DNA of 64,000 nt, from assembly GCA_039096225.1 (NCBI GenBank), contig JBBPEB010000005.1:186001-250000 (forward strand), given 5' to 3'. The notes below the pieces were generated by a model. It saw only the letters and a list, made by a program, of their open reading frames with translations, did not search any database and was not told the DNA's origin. The DNA comes from Blastocystis sp. Blastoise (taxonomy: Eukaryota > Protista > Bigyra: Opalinata). The translations under genes were made by a program, and so were the position numbers. Positions 1 to 15,865 of this stretch are shown in pieces (positions within the stretch are counted from its first letter, which is position 1; every line of letters begins with the position of its first letter).

Positions 1-1678
1 CCTTCTGAATTGTATTTTGAGGAAACAAATATTATTATTAGGAATAATAACTATTATGAACAATATTATAGTATAGATGCTATTGATACTATTATTACAA
101 GTTCTCCTTCTCTTCCTGAAGGTATTATTATAGATTCTGTAACTCAAAGAATTTATGGTACTCCTACAAGTGTATCTCCTAGAACTACTTATAGTCTTTC
201 GTATACAAATAATAATGAAGAAAAGATAACTATTGAAGAAATTAGTATTACAATCATTCTGCCTGTTTGTTATGCCGACGGAAATTGGCCAGAAACTAAT
301 CCTGAATCTACTGCTTCTATTTCTTGTCCTCAATATTATGAAGGTAATCAATCTAGATTATGTAGTTATAATGGTGAATGGGAAGAAGCTAATACTAATG
401 AATGTATATTTAGTTCTACTCCTTGTACTGGTACTACATATTATAATGGTAATGAATGTAGTGAGTGTATAAATGGTTATGTAACTTCATTAAATGGTAA
501 TAATATACAATGTACTCTTTGTAATGAAAATGAAATTGTTATTAATAATAAATGTTATCCTAGTGGTGCTACTTGTCCTGCTAGTACTATTGATTCCTAT
601 TTATATCCTGAAACGAATATAATGAAGAATGCTGTTGTTAATTGTACTAATGAAAATCAATATGGCTATTACAAAGTATTTTGTGATTACATATCTGAAC
701 CTACTTGGTCTAATGATATTCAGAAAGATCTTTGCTGTATGCTATTATATTTATTATATTTATTATTATATTTATTATTATATTTATTATCATCTATAGA
801 TCCTCGACCTGTTTCAATTCCTGGAAAAGCTTTAGAATCATTAGATTATTCTATGCAACTACAGACAACTATTGATGATATTTATTCTTTATTAGAATCT
901 TTAGCAAGAACATTTGTAAATACTTATAAGTATCAACTCACAGATCTTCTTCTTACTACAGATTATATAACTGGTGATGATGTATATTATTATTTATTAT
1001 TCTCGTTATAATATATTATATATATAGTCCATTACTTCTCTTCTTCTTCACGTATATTATGGTTCTAGTATAGATATCTATTCTGCTTCTTATTCTTCTA
1101 AAAGACAATTATATATGAATAGTATTACGAATTATCAAAATACTCCATTCAGTTCTTCTTCTCTTCTTAATAATCATACTACTTTATCTAATACTAATGA
1201 GTACTGTCAACTTCCAAACCAAGGTGTAACTATTCCATTAAATTATTATGCCATGATTGCTAAGGACACAGAAAATCAAAAACAAGAATATATAACATAT
1301 TTCTGTAAACAGGAACAATTAAATTATATTCCAATTCCAGTAAAATTTACTATAATTGAAAAAAATAACTTAAGTTTATTAGTAGTAGGATTTAAAGATT
1401 TCCCTACTATGTGGATTCAACCTGATATACTTATACCTATCTATACATCTATTTTAATATCTAGCAAGGTTCCTATTTCTCAATTAAGAAATAATATTAT
1501 AGCTTCTAGTCCTGGATCACTTATTGTTTATTTTTCATTTTCTTTACCTGATCCATTTAAATTTGAAATCACAACTGTTTCCAATTGTTTTGATGAAGAA
1601 GTATTAAAGAATCAATTAAAGAAGAATATCCCTATCAGCTTTACTTCTACTTTTTTTACGTTCATATTATCAAACTAA
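1..1678 (+). CDS. 3' part of an Ig-like (He_PIG) / Cys-rich cell-surface protein, multi-exon, 5'-truncated by the window edge
   Basis: He_PIG-type motif SPSLPEGIIIDSVTQRIYGTPT. Cys/Trp module CYADGNWPET...CPQYYEGNQSRLCSYNGEWE is shared with the paralog at 15866-21853. GT-AG introns near 738-799 and 982-1027. Stop TAA at 1676-1678. Confidence 0.75.
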
Positions 1679-3023
1679 TACTATGATTAATTGAAATATC
1701 ATTCTACCTATTTATATATATATATATATATTATCTTCTTTAAGTCATTTCATTATTTATTGAATACTCATCTTTTTGTTTTTTATTATATTTTTTTATA
1801 TATTTATTTTTTACATTGTCATATTGATATCTTCTCAATACCCTATATTATATACATATATATTTTCTGTATATAATATTCTTCATGTATATATAGTGAA
1901 TTATATACAATTGTTTATTACGTATTATATATATATACTAATAACTATTTATCATCTTCTTTTTATATTATATCTTTTATATTATATAACTTCCTTTGAA
2001 ATATAGTTTTTTTTATAATTATATATGTACAATTTTTTATTAATTCTTTTTGATGGTATTTGTATGTTATTTTATATTTTGTACCTATTTCTATATTAAC
2101 CAATATATCATATATATTTCTTCAAGTCAATATCAATTCTTATTATTATTTATATAAATATAGAAACACTTTATAATTAATAATACTATTATCATAAACA
2201 AGTTTTTTTCTTATTCTTATTTATATATATATCTTGCTGTTCTATTTATAGATATATATATTTATTATTACACACATAATCTATTAAGTGTATAATTTCT
2301 ATTATCTTATTATAAGAAAAGTATTATATTTCTTTTTATATTTTTGAAGTATTGTTTTTTATTTGTTCGAGATTAAACTTTATAAACATTTCGTTTTTAG
2401 ATTTTAATCTGTATTTTGCATATGAATATGTGACAAGAATACTATGATTATATGCGTATAAATAAGATAATATAATTATTTGTAATACAGTTGTTATTTA
2501 TATCTAACTATGTATACTATAAGTATAATGTGCTATATATATATTAAATATTAATTTGAAGAATACATAAAAAGTTTTAATAGTATCCAAAAGAATAAAT
2601 AAAAAAGATATAAATGAACAAAATGAAATGAGTAATGATACCTACGCTTGTAGACTGAAAGATCCTATTAATATGATTACACGCATATAACTAATAATTA
2701 GCAAAAACAACAAAGTATAAAAATTAATATGCAAAATAGAATACATGTATAAATACCAAATAAAAAAGTAAACAAATAAAAAAATCTAAATATATATATA
2801 TATATAAATAATCTATGAGAAAAAAAGAATAGCCAACTAGAAAGAGATATAGATCTATAAACAGAAAAGAACATAACAATATAATGAATTACAATGGAAT
2901 ATAATGCTGAATATGCCAATAATAATAGAAATAAAATTACTATATATATATATAAACTATACACAAACAAACAAAATATATAAGAATTTAATAACAACAA
3001 CTACACAAATCTATATATAATAT

Positions 3024-3120
3024 CTAAGAAAAAATATCTGAAAAGTCAGCAGAACTTGAAAAACCTGGTTGAGAAGCAAAAATAGCATGACTCTTATGAC
3101 GGCGTTTTGAAATCTTAGGA

Positions 3121-3157
<37 letters not shown>

Positions 3158-5918
3158 GAAAAGAGAAAAATATAAAAATGTAAAAAAAAATAAATAAATA
3201 AATAATATAATATAAAATAAAAACTATATATACTCTTCACTTAATTGAATATGTTCTTCTTCAATAGTTTCAGGTATATTATTATCAATATCATAATTTC
3301 CTGGTTTAACAATAGTGGGAAGAGATCTTAAAGGAACATTAAATGAATGTCTTTCTGTATATCCATTAAGAGAATTAAATAAAGATAAACTACCGTTATC
3401 TGTATCATTATTACTATCTAATCCACTACAACTACTGTCACTAAATATAGTACTTAGATTCTGTTCACAATTACTTTCAAATACATCCATGGAATCTAAA
3501 GAAGTATCAAATATATTATTATATTGAAAAGAAGGTAATAAGCCAGGTGCACTTTGAAATGAATTCTTATCTACAGATTTATGTTTTACTTTAGTATTTG
3601 TTAATGAATCATAGAAATAAGAAGAGGTACTAGTAGTATTAGTAATAGTATTATTATTATTATTAGTAATAGTATTATTACTAGTAGTAGGAATAGGAGA
3701 TAGAGAAGAAAGCTGAATATCCATTGGTTGTATATTATTATTATTAGTAGTAGTAGTAGTAACATTATTATTATTAGTAACATTACTATTATTATTATTA
3801 TTATTACTATTATTATTAATAGAATCATTTATAGCTATAGAAGAAGGAATAGGTAGTGGAGATAAAGAGGAAGGAATAGTCGCGGAAATATCATTATTAT
3901 CTAGAGTCTTATTAAGATTCGTCAATGTATTGGATGACAGAGGCAGCGTCATAGGTTTACTTAATAATACAGGCTCCGTGAGACGTTGAGAACGAATATC
4001 TGGAGATACCATATCATAAGATATAGGAGGACTTAAAGAATTCTATATATATATAGTATTTAACAAATATATAGATAAAATAAATATAAAAATAATATAT
4101 AATATTTAATATATATAGATAAAACAAATAAATATATATATATATACATTTGCATAAAGAGGTTCAGAGGACATCGATGTATAATGATTCTTGTTATTCC
4201 CGCGGTTATTATGGTCAATATTAAGAATAGGAGATGTAGTATATAGATTTGGTTTTGGCGATATATATAGGGTATCTATGGGATGTGGCGACATAAATGA
4301 ATCATTTTCTGAATAGGGTGAAAGATGATTTATATGTGAAGGGATGGTAGAGGAGGAATAGAAAGAAGGGGATGTATAATTTGGACGTTGTCGGTAGGGA
4401 TCTCGTATATTTAATGGAGATATATAAGAATCTTCTGATTGATTATAACTATCTTCACTATATAGAGAATGATCTAAAGAAGAATTTGAATATATATAAG
4501 GATCATTTAAAGAATGATGAGGATCCCCGCGGTAATTGGGTTCTTGAGAGAGTGATTTTGAATAATTATATGGAGATTGTTCTTGAAAATGATAATTATT
4601 TATATATCGTTGTGAAGTATTATAAGGATTATTATTCATAGTATTACTATTCATAGTATTCATAGTATTATTATAAGGATTTCTATGTGCATTAGAGGAA
4701 TAATCAGGATTATAAGGATCGATCTGAGAAGTATTATAATAATCATATTGAGTATAGGAGGGAAGATTCATATTTAAAGGTGTATATTCATTATTCGCTG
4801 AATTCTTTTCAGTATCTTTCTGACCAAATGCTCTTTTCACTTCTACCTATATATATATATTATATATTATATATATCATTATAAAATTAATTGTGTGAAT
4901 AATACAAAAAAAAGAGAATATATATAATAATAATAATATATATATATATATATACATTTTTTCCATTAATAATATGAAACGGTTGATTCAGAACAAAGTT
5001 CGCAACATCAAAAGATGCAAATATAACAAATCCAAAACCGCGGTTTTTCTTGGTTTCTGAATCAATGACGATATTACAACTTTCTATAGGACCAAATTGA
5101 GAGAAATATTGTTGAAAATCAGCTAGAGAATTAGATATATATAGAAATAATATAAGTTTATATAGAAGAATAAATATAATATTATATATATATATACCTT
5201 GAGTAGTATTTTGGCTAATTCCACCAATAAACAATTTACGATACACTTGTTTCATTTGTTGTTCATCTATAGAATAACACAAATATATATAACAATAATA
5301 AATAATATTTATATAAACAATAAAAAATAATAAATAATACTTATATATAACAATAATAAATAATATTATATAAACAATAAAAAATAATAAATAATACTTA
5401 TATATAACAATAATAAATAAACAATAACAATAATGAAAAAATATATATACTTGATATTGGTGGAGGAGCCATCTCTTTCGGTAATGCCCATCGAACATCA
5501 ACCTAAATAAATAAATAAAAAATAATAATACTAAAGAAAAAAAACTACAAATTATAAATAACTTAATATACTTTTCTATCATCAATGATATGTTCTTTAA
5601 CATCCATTGCAGCAACAGCATCATTTGAATTCTTAAAAATACAAAATCCAAAACCACGAGAAACATTACGTTCAGTATCTTTCATCACTACAGCCTGTTT
5701 GATAGGACCGTATTTTGAAAAATAGTCTCTCAATGAATCTATATGTATTAAACATTAACTACATAAATTAATGAGATAAATATACCATCTGAAGTTTTAA
5801 ATGAAAGTCCACCAACAAATAGTTTGCTATATAATTTATAAGTAATATAATTAAACAATCATTTATACTCTTTATAGAATTTCATTTGAGAATCTGGAAT
5901 ACTTTTATTTGTAGTCAT
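3024..5918 (-). CDS. Two-RRM RNA-binding protein (Musashi/DAZAP1/hnRNP A1-like) with a long Asn/Ser/Pro-rich C-terminus, multi-exon
   Basis: RRM1 KLFVGGL...SRGFGFC and RRM2 KLFIGGI...NRGFGFVIF...VEVKRA (RNP2/RNP1 motifs). ATG at 5916-5918. Spliced last exon ends in TAG at 3024-3026. Confidence 0.85.
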
Positions 5919-7504
5919 GGTGGAATTCTAGGAATATTTATTGATAAATACATATTTGATTACTACTCGTATATATATAAATGAATACAGATATATATCA
6001 AGCAACTATAAGGACTAGGATACAAATATACTAATAAAAAGGTTAATACTTTGTTGTTTTGGAAGTTTGTCAGTCGTTTTTCTTTTTTTTATTCTCTATT
6101 AGAAATAGTCCCTTTTCAATTGTATTTTCCTGTTGAGGATCAAAATAATCATGAAAATATGAAGAATCCCACTGAAAATTTATAGATTATTCATGAATTT
6201 CGAAGTCAAACTCAGATTTCCTATTTCACTAGTTTCTCTATATTGCCCATGTTTTTCAGAAAACTTGTTATCGAATTCATCTTTTTGTACATATATAATT
6301 ATTCCAAAAAAATTGGGTTTTGACTGAATTGAACTGAATATTTTATTTATGATGATAAGTGGATATTATTGCTATTTGGAACTAGAGGATACAATTTTTA
6401 GATAAAGAAGAAATCCTGAACTATTTCAACGACTCATTCTTCAATTATTTAGTATCCATTGTTGTATTGTTGTTGCCATACCTTAAGATATATATATTTC
6501 ATAGTGACGAATGAGTTAGAAATGATAAATTCATATGTTATAAACAGAGAGTATCAAAAAATTGACTAGTTCCATTCCAGACAAGAAATTCTTATTATCT
6601 AAATAAGCATTTTATTCATTGAAATAATTTATCGTATATTCTTGGTAGTGTAACGATGTATGTAAAATTTCTATTTTATCAAAATTTTAAAAGATTTTGA
6701 TTATTATTTCAATAAAATAATAATATATGGATCATTTTCATTTTAACAAATCATACGGAAGATAGTAATAACTGTTATAATCATCTAGATGAATTATTCG
6801 TATAATTATAAAGAAATTTAGAATTTTTAATATTATTTTGAAGAAAGTCCAGTTATTGTCTATTTGAAGTTATTCTTTATTTACCAATTATTTGTTCATA
6901 CATAAATAACAAAAATAATGAACGAATAAACAAAATTTTATGAAGAAATGTATATTCATGTTATTAATTGCAAGATCAAAAGAACATTTTTAAGGTGCCC
7001 AGAATCAGAAGAGCTCATACAAATATTAAATAGAGTATTTCTCGACACGAAAAACAATAATTCTCAATAAATTAGTTTTAACTGTTTTTTAAATAATTCC
7101 TTTCCTTCTTTCATACCCATAGAATCTTGAATTCAATATGAGTATTCACCAATTCGAGTAAGATAGCAAAACGTGTCATTGAATCACCAACATAGAAAAA
7201 GAAAACTAATTCGTATTCAGAATCAAGTTACATACTTATATGTGGTCCATGGCTTTAAATCATTATATCGTTATTTAATAAAGAATAAAATAGAATTTAA
7301 AAGTCTCGAGGATATAAATATCCGTGATTATCCATAAAATTTTGAATAAAATCTGAATTGAATTGTGCGTTTCAACAAGAAGCTATCTTTTTATTTTGAA
7401 TAACTTGTATTCGTTTCTTGTTGAATAATTCATTTCATTTTTGCATCGGAACATAAATTGTATAAAAATTCAATTAATAAATTGTTTATTTGAAAACAAG
7501 AAAA

Positions 7505-10226
7505 ATGGACATCGACAAACAGATCCAAAAAGATATTAATAATGCTGTCGAGTATATATATTCTGTAAGGCGCTTTTCTAATGTGCTCCATATATAGAAT
7601 ATTGCCAGAACAACTATACTTTGCCATTTTACGGAATAATCCGCAAGATACAAAAGAAAAATGTTTCTTTACCATAGATAATATATTCATTTATTGGAAT
7701 TTCTTCCGTGATTTCGGTCCTTATAATATGGCTCAAGTAGTTCATTTTTGTGATATAGTGAATATGAAATTAAAAGATGAAAGTATCAATGAAAGAGCTA
7801 TATATTTTTATACTAAAATATCTCCAAAATATCTTTGTAATTCTATATTTTTAATGGCTGCATATTCTGTATATATATTATTATTTTTATTATGTTTATT
7901 ATGTTTATTATATTTATTATATTTATTATATTTATTATGTTTATTATATTTATTATATTTATTATTTTTATTATATTTAGTATATTTAGTATATTTATTA
8001 TTTTTATTATTATTATATTTATTATATTTATTATATTTATTATATTTATTATATTTATTATTTTTATTATATTTATTATTATACTTATGAATAATATACT
8101 ATAGATGATTTATTTGGATTGTACTCCTGAAGAAGCTTATCAGCCATTCACACGTTACGAACCGTTACCTCCGTACCATGACGCATCACCAGGTGAATGT
8201 ATATAAAATTGTTCTTTATAGAATTTTTCTTTTTTTTTCTTATTATTATATTTATATCATAATATATATATATATACATATATATATATAATAATTTTAT
8301 ATAGGTACCTTTGTGTTAACAATATTAGATTGCTTAAAAGGCTTATATAAAGCTATTTATTATGGTTTTATTAATTTACCAACCTTTAATATAGAAGATT
8401 ATGAATATCATGAAAAAGTTGAGAATGGTGATTTTAATTGGATTCAAGAAAATCGATTCTTAGCGTTCGCAGGTCCAGAACAACCACCCTCTATGGAAGA
8501 TGGTATAGTATTACTATTCTTCTGTTTATTATTGTTATATAATCTTTTTCATTTTTTTATATACTTATTGATATTTATTTTATTTATTCAATTATATAAT
8601 TTATATTCATTATAAAATAAATATATGTTTATACTCTATTTATTCAAATAAGATTGTCTATAATTCTATATAGGTTACTATATACTTCCTCCTTCTTATT
8701 ATATCCCTTACTTCAAAGAACATAATGTCAATCTTGTAGTTCGATTTAATAAGCCACTTTATGATCCTTCTGAATTCACTCAATATGGTATTAAACACGT
8801 TGATCTTTATTACACAGATGGATCTGTTCCTGAAGGTATATTTATTATATTATGTTTACTTTATTTATTGTTGTTAAGTTTATTTTATTTATATTTATTT
8901 TATTTATATTTATTTTATTGTTATATTTATTATTGTTATATTTATTTTATTTATTTTATTTAATTTATATTTATTTATATTTATTTTATTTATATATTTA
9001 TATATTTATTCTATTTATTCTATTTATTAATAAATCTAAAAAATGATCATAATCAATGTAGAAATATATTATTAAAATATATTATATTATATAGAAGACT
9101 TATTAAATCAATTTATCTCTATCTGTGAGAGTACAGAAGGTGCGATCGCCGTACATTGTAAGGCAGGATTAGGACGTACAGGCACGTGCATTGGAGCCTA
9201 TTTTATGAAACACTATCAATTTACAGCTGAAGAAGTTATTGGATATATACGTATATGTAGGCCAGGAAGTGTTATAGGACCTCAACAATTCTTTCTTAAG
9301 GTAAGTATTCTATTTTTATATTTATATATTTATATATTTATATATTTATATATTTATTCTATTTATATATTTATATATTTATTCCATTTATTATTATTCT
9401 ATTTATATATTTATATATTTATTCCATTTATTATTATTCTATTTATTCTATTTATTATGCTATTAATATTATTAATAATAATTAATATATTTTTTTATCA
9501 TAATACTTTATTTATATATCAAATCTAGCAATTAGAACAAAAATTATGGGAACAAGGAAAATTATATAAAGAGAAATATGGACATGTTCCTGGTGATATT
9601 CGCGGGAATTCAGTGGTTGTTTTCAATAATGTATTTGAATCAATATATATTCAAATTTATTTTTTTACTATTCTCGTTATTTTTTAATATATATAATATT
9701 ATATAATACATATATATATTCTATTTTCTTTTATATATATTAGAGTTTCTTATCAACAAGTATAGAGAATGAGAGTGATATAATTACCAATACAACTATG
9801 GATTCTGATGATATGGATTATTTACTCGAAGAAAAGAAACATGATCGATCTATTAATGAAGGTATATATATATATATATTTATTATTTATTATTTTATTA
9901 ATTATTATATTTTTCATATAATATAATTCATGTTTATATATAATTATATATATATTTATTATTTAGATGTTCTATCTCCTTCTTCTCCTTCTCCTCCTCT
10001 TATTACGCGTCCCTCAAGCCCTATAGAAACAATGACGACGTCTAAAGGAACTCCTCTAGTAACTCTATCTACTATAAATAACTCCGTATCGTCATCAACT
10101 AGTATACCTTCTGCATCCTGTATAAATAATTCAAAAGATACTAATTCTGTATCCATATCGAATACTAATAATAAAGACAATTATAAAAATAATAATAAAG
10201 ACAATAATAATAATAATAATAATAAC

Positions 10227-10258
<32 letters not shown>

Positions 10259-10453
10259 CACAACTCCTGACACTACTAATAATGTTATTTCTTTATTTAA
10301 TGACGCACTCTCTCAAGGTTCGTCAAATGCAGAACAAGAGTATATAATACTATTATCATATAATATTATATTTATTATATATATAGAATTTATGGTACTC
10401 CACAATCTAAAGGTATTTCTTGATATATATTTATATATAATATTTATAATAAT

Positions 10454-10484
<31 letters not shown>

Positions 10485-10538
10485 GATCAAGAACAAGGTG
10501 ATGTATTACGATTATTAAGAACACCAAAAAAGAAATAA
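7505..10538 (+). CDS. CDC14: CDC14-family dual-specificity protein phosphatase, multi-exon
   Basis: Y-x-N-F-F-x-DFGP, [27 protein letters not shown], catalytic [12 protein letters not shown] (~9148-9183), [14 protein letters not shown]-terminal QGDVLR. The spliced start reads [24 protein letters not shown]. Confidence 0.95.
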
Positions 10539-11149
10539 ATTCATTTATTTCTTTTATTTACATTATTATAGTATATTCTACTGTTATTCAATTTCCTAAT
10601 TCCTGATAATATGTATATTGCTATTTATTCTTGTAATCTTTTGTTTCTCACTCATTATTTATCAATTTTTTATTTTCACTTTTCTCTTTTTTTTTCTTCT
10701 TCATTTATCAACATGTCTCTATTTTTTTTCATTATTTTGAATAGAATTAGTCAATATTTCTTTATTATTTATATTTTTGTATTTAAATTGTATATATTAA
10801 TAAATTTGATTAAGTGTATGACTTTATATACATATGCTTCTGTTTTTCTCATGTTATATTACTAAATATTAAAATCCTATTTATCGCATTTAGATCAACC
10901 AATGATTAATAATGTATCCAATATTGAACAGAAATTCCAATGATATATACTTAAAATCGATGTCGAATTTAATCAGATTTTATTAAGAAACAAAAATAAT
11001 TCTTATTCACATCTATTTTTACAACTATTTTTACATTTAAAAAAAATACATGCAGATATATATTTAAAAAAGAACTTTTTAAAAAGAAATTTATTTTTTC
11101 AAAACTCCACTATACAATAATTAAGAAATTTATTACTTCTTTGTAAATC

Positions 11150-11676
11150 ATGTTGAAAGCATCTATTGTGAGAACAACGTTAAAGGCGTTTTCTCGTAAT
11201 GTATTGTTCCCTCACTTTTTAATTTGCTATTAAATATTATAGATTTCATCAAAATCGACTAGGAATATCTCCTTAATTATGAATCAGAAATCAATTATCA
11301 AAAACACTCAAATACAATTTCAATCTTCTCGGTGGTTTCGTCGATATTATGAAACTTTTGTTTCTCAGCATTATAAAGTATGTTTGGAGTTTAAACAATG
11401 AAGTATCTTCATCAATTTGTTACTTTTAGATCAACGAGGAACAAATTGTCGATTACTTGAAAAGGAAAGACTTTACTTATAAAGAAAATCAAAATGAATT
11501 TATCATCAGGGAATGTACATTTATATTAATGTATAATATTACTTTTTATTCTTTATTTTAGGCTGTTTTTGTGAAAAACCAACAAATAACAAATTAGATA
11601 ACTTATATAAATTGTAATTTGAATATTAATATTTATATATTTTTAAATATATAATCGTTTTTTCGAATTATACTAG

Positions 11677-11719
<43 letters not shown>

Positions 11720-13392
11720 TATATTGATAAGAATAGTGGTTCATTTTTTTGTCATCGTTGTGGTGCCCAAGGGTCGTGGTTTGACTTTAAATCTAGACTA
11801 GGAGATATTAAAAGTATATATATATATATAGATATATATATTATTATGTAATTCTATACTATCAATAGAATTATTCTTTATTCCATTAATTAGTATATAT
11901 ATTAATTCTATATATATATTCATAAATAGATACAACATTACCATTGTCACGTGCAAATGGTCTATCCTCCAATCAATATCTCTCATCAAACCCAGTAACC
12001 AATAATAATACTACAGGGAAAATTGTGAATACAGATGAATATAAACAATATGTTACTGACTTATTAAATAATAATAAATATCCTCAAGTATATATATAGT
12101 GTGAATATTCATTGTATTTTATTATATATTATTATATTATATTAATTTTATTCTATTATTCATATTATATTAATTTTATTCTATTATTCATATTAAATTA
12201 ATTTTATTCTATTATTCATTTTTTATTCATATTCATTTTATATTCATATTCTGTTATATTATTTATATTCTCTTCTATCATATTCATATTCTATCTATAT
12301 ATAGGTACTATCCCATCTTACCGAGAAGAGTATAAAGGGCCGATGTCTGTCTCCAGAAACACTTCGAAAATACTGCGTTGGCGCCAAGAAATGTGTGTTT
12401 TACGAAGAGGGAAACAAAGTGGAAGAAGATTGTGTTTTATTTCCTTGGATTTCTATTGGTATATTATTATTGTATTTTATAGGATTATTGAATCTTTTTT
12501 TTATTATATATTTACTATTCTCTATCTATTCCATATTTATTACTTCCATTAATATATATTTCTCTACAGAAGATGGAATCCCCGTGATTAAACGATATAA
12601 ATGTCGGTCTATTATTGAGAAGAGTCACATGCGCCTTAATCCCGCCGGCGGGGAATGGGGACTCTTTGGATGGCATACCAGTATATATATATATACATAT
12701 ATATTTATATAATTATATATAAAACTATTTCATAATGAGAAATAGTTGCCTATTATTATAATATTTATTTATTATCAAATAATATCAGTTTCTTTATATA
12801 TATATATATAGTACCTAAGAAAGCAACTACTATTGTTATAACAGAAGGAGAATATGACGCTATGGCCGTCTATGAGGCGACCGGTATCCCCACGGTATCC
12901 CTCCCCAACGGCGCCCAATCCCTACCCGTGCAAGTCCTCCCTCTCCTCGAATCCTTTGATACTATATACTTATGGATGGACTTTGATCGTACTGGTATAT
13001 ATATATAGTGTTCTATTTATTTTATTCATTCTATTTATTATTTTATGTATATTTATTATTCTATATATATTTGTTATTCTATATACATATTTTATATATA
13101 TATTTGTTATTATAGGTCAAGATAATGCAGAGAAATTCGCTAATAAATTAGGAAGAGGTCGTGTTAAAATTGTACATGCTCCCACGCAAAACCCTCTTTG
13201 TGCGAAGATCAAAGATGCATGTGATGCGTTACGATATCACGTGGATATCCGCCAATTAATTGAAAGTGCTACATTATTACCTCATCATCAAATTATGACT
13301 TTTAAAGAACTAAAAGAAGTATATATATATATATATATTGTTCTTTATATATTTATTGAAGAATTATTAGTAGTAGTAGTCGAATAGTTTAT

Positions 13393-13433
<41 letters not shown>

Positions 13434-13795
13434 ATTTATATTATGATATTATGCATCCAAATGAGTTGAAAGGTATTCCATTTCTTACTCTTCCTTTCTT
13501 TAATAAGACTCTTAAGGGACATCGAAAAGGAGAATTAACTGTATTAACAGGTCCTACGGGATCAGGGAAAACCACTCTACTCTCACAAGTATATAAACTA
13601 TTATTATTATTATCTTTTTATTATATTTATTTTAATGAATAATAATATATATATATAATCCCCTATATATACATATATTTTCCCTCCCCTTTACAGATGT
13701 CTCTGGATCTTGTTCGACAAGGAGTACCGACTCTCTGGGGATCTTTTGAAATACCAAATAGACGTCTGTCACATATTATGATTCGACAATATACT

Positions 13796-13831
<36 letters not shown>

Positions 13832-14692
13832 TATATATTTGATATAATTATAAATATTATATTATATATATTATATATAATAATTAATATTATATATATT
13901 CTTCTCTCTCTCTCGTTATATATATATAAAGGTCGTCAATTATCGATGGATACCAGTCGTGAGGAATATGATGAATTAACTGATAAGTTCACGTCGTTAC
14001 CTCTGTACTTCCTGAGATTCTTTGGAAGTACACAGGTAGATCAGGTATTCTTATATAACCATTATTATATATATATATATATTTATTCTTATTCTAAAAT
14101 AATACATATATTTAAGATTCATTATTATCATTATTATGATACATATACTTATTCTATATATATATAGGTATTAGATGCCATGGAATATGCTGTATATGCC
14201 TATGATGTTGAGCATATAATATTAGATAACTTACAATTTATGCTCGGTAATACATTTAAGGGATTCGAAAAGTTTGATGCTCAAGAAATGGTATATATAT
14301 ATATAGTTATTCTATTGATAATTATATATATATATATTGTTATTACAGATAGTTTTATATTATATATATTGTTATTATATATAGTTATATATTATATATA
14401 TTATTATTCTATTGATATTTATTTTATATATATATACTAATAATTAATTCACATTGTAGGCAATTCACGCATTTCGTCGTTTCGCCACTCAACAGAATGT
14501 GCATATAACCCTGGTTATTCATCCTCGAAAGGAAAGTGAAGAGAATGCGTTAAATATCTCCAGTGTCTTTGGCACTGCAAAAGCAACTCAAGAAGCGGAT
14601 AATGTTATTATTCTGCAAAATACCATGTCTGGAGAAAAAATCATAGAAGTATGTTTATTTTATTTATTTATTTATTTGTTTATTTATTCTAT

Positions 14693-14743
<51 letters not shown>

Positions 14744-14749
14744 TTCTAT

Positions 14750-14800
<51 letters not shown>

Positions 14801-15449
14801 TTTTATTTATTTATTTATTTTATTTTATTTATTTATTTATTTATTAAAAATTATTATTATTATTATATACATATTTCCTTTATATAGATAAAAAAGAATC
14901 GATTTGATGGTGAATTGGGTTCCTGTAGTTTATCGTTTAATAAACAATCACTTACTTTTAACGAAAATGTATATATATATATATATCATTATTCAAAATC
15001 ATAAATATCATTATTTATTCTATATACCATAAAAACATTTAAATATATACATACATTCTATTCTGTCTTTTGAATAGAATTCCAATAACAAGGGGAATCA
15101 AGATGGAAATCAATCATATTATAATAAACAGAATTCATTCAATCGACAATTTAATAATAATACAAATAACTTCAATAAAAATAAATCATATTCAAATAAA
15201 AACTCATTTAGTTTTTCAGGAAGAAAACCTGTTACACCTAAGACAAGCGAATCTCCTTCTACTTCAAAGAACTCAATAAATTCTCAAAATACTCCAAGTA
15301 TGGAACCCATTATTACAGAAGGACCTGCAGGAAACACTCAAAATAACTCCGTATGCTTTACATTTATTCTTTCTTAATTCTTCATTATATTTCCTCTATA
15401 GGACCATCCTTCAATATCCAAAACAGCCCATGAAATCTTAATTGAATAA
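11150..15449 (+). CDS. TWNK: Twinkle (T7 gp4-like) mitochondrial primase-helicase, multi-exon
   Basis: Basic/hydroxylated N-terminus [17 protein letters not shown]. Zn-binding CxFC...CHRC. TOPRIM TEGEYD and LWMDFD. Walker [62 protein letters not shown]. Stop TAA at 15447-15449. Confidence 0.95.
14660..14845. repeat. (TTTA)n microsatellite in a Twinkle intron
   Basis: Near-pure TTTA run. Confidence 0.9.
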
Positions 15450-15865
15450 ATTTGTTTACATAACTTTGCTGATTTTTGTTTTCTTTTATATTATAAAATT
15501 ATCGACAAATACTTGTATTCATCATATTCCTTGAAACTCTCAATTCTAAACATTTTGGCCTCTAAACAATTGTTTTATTCACACACATTGTTTTAATTAT
15601 ATTTCAAATCATTCTTTTGTAGATCAAATATAGCTTTCAATATATATTCCTCTTCTATGACCATTTTAATTGAACAAAACACATTAAAAATAAAACAATA
15701 TCCAAAAAATATTTTTAAGAAACACCATAATCGTCATTATTTCCATTTCAACCACTGAAATCTTAGAAAACACATGGAACAAAATTATAGAAAAAGAGTC
15801 AGTATTTTATTTTTTTTTTTTTTTGTTATTTTTTCTAAAATAATATTAAAACACATTTTTCTAGT

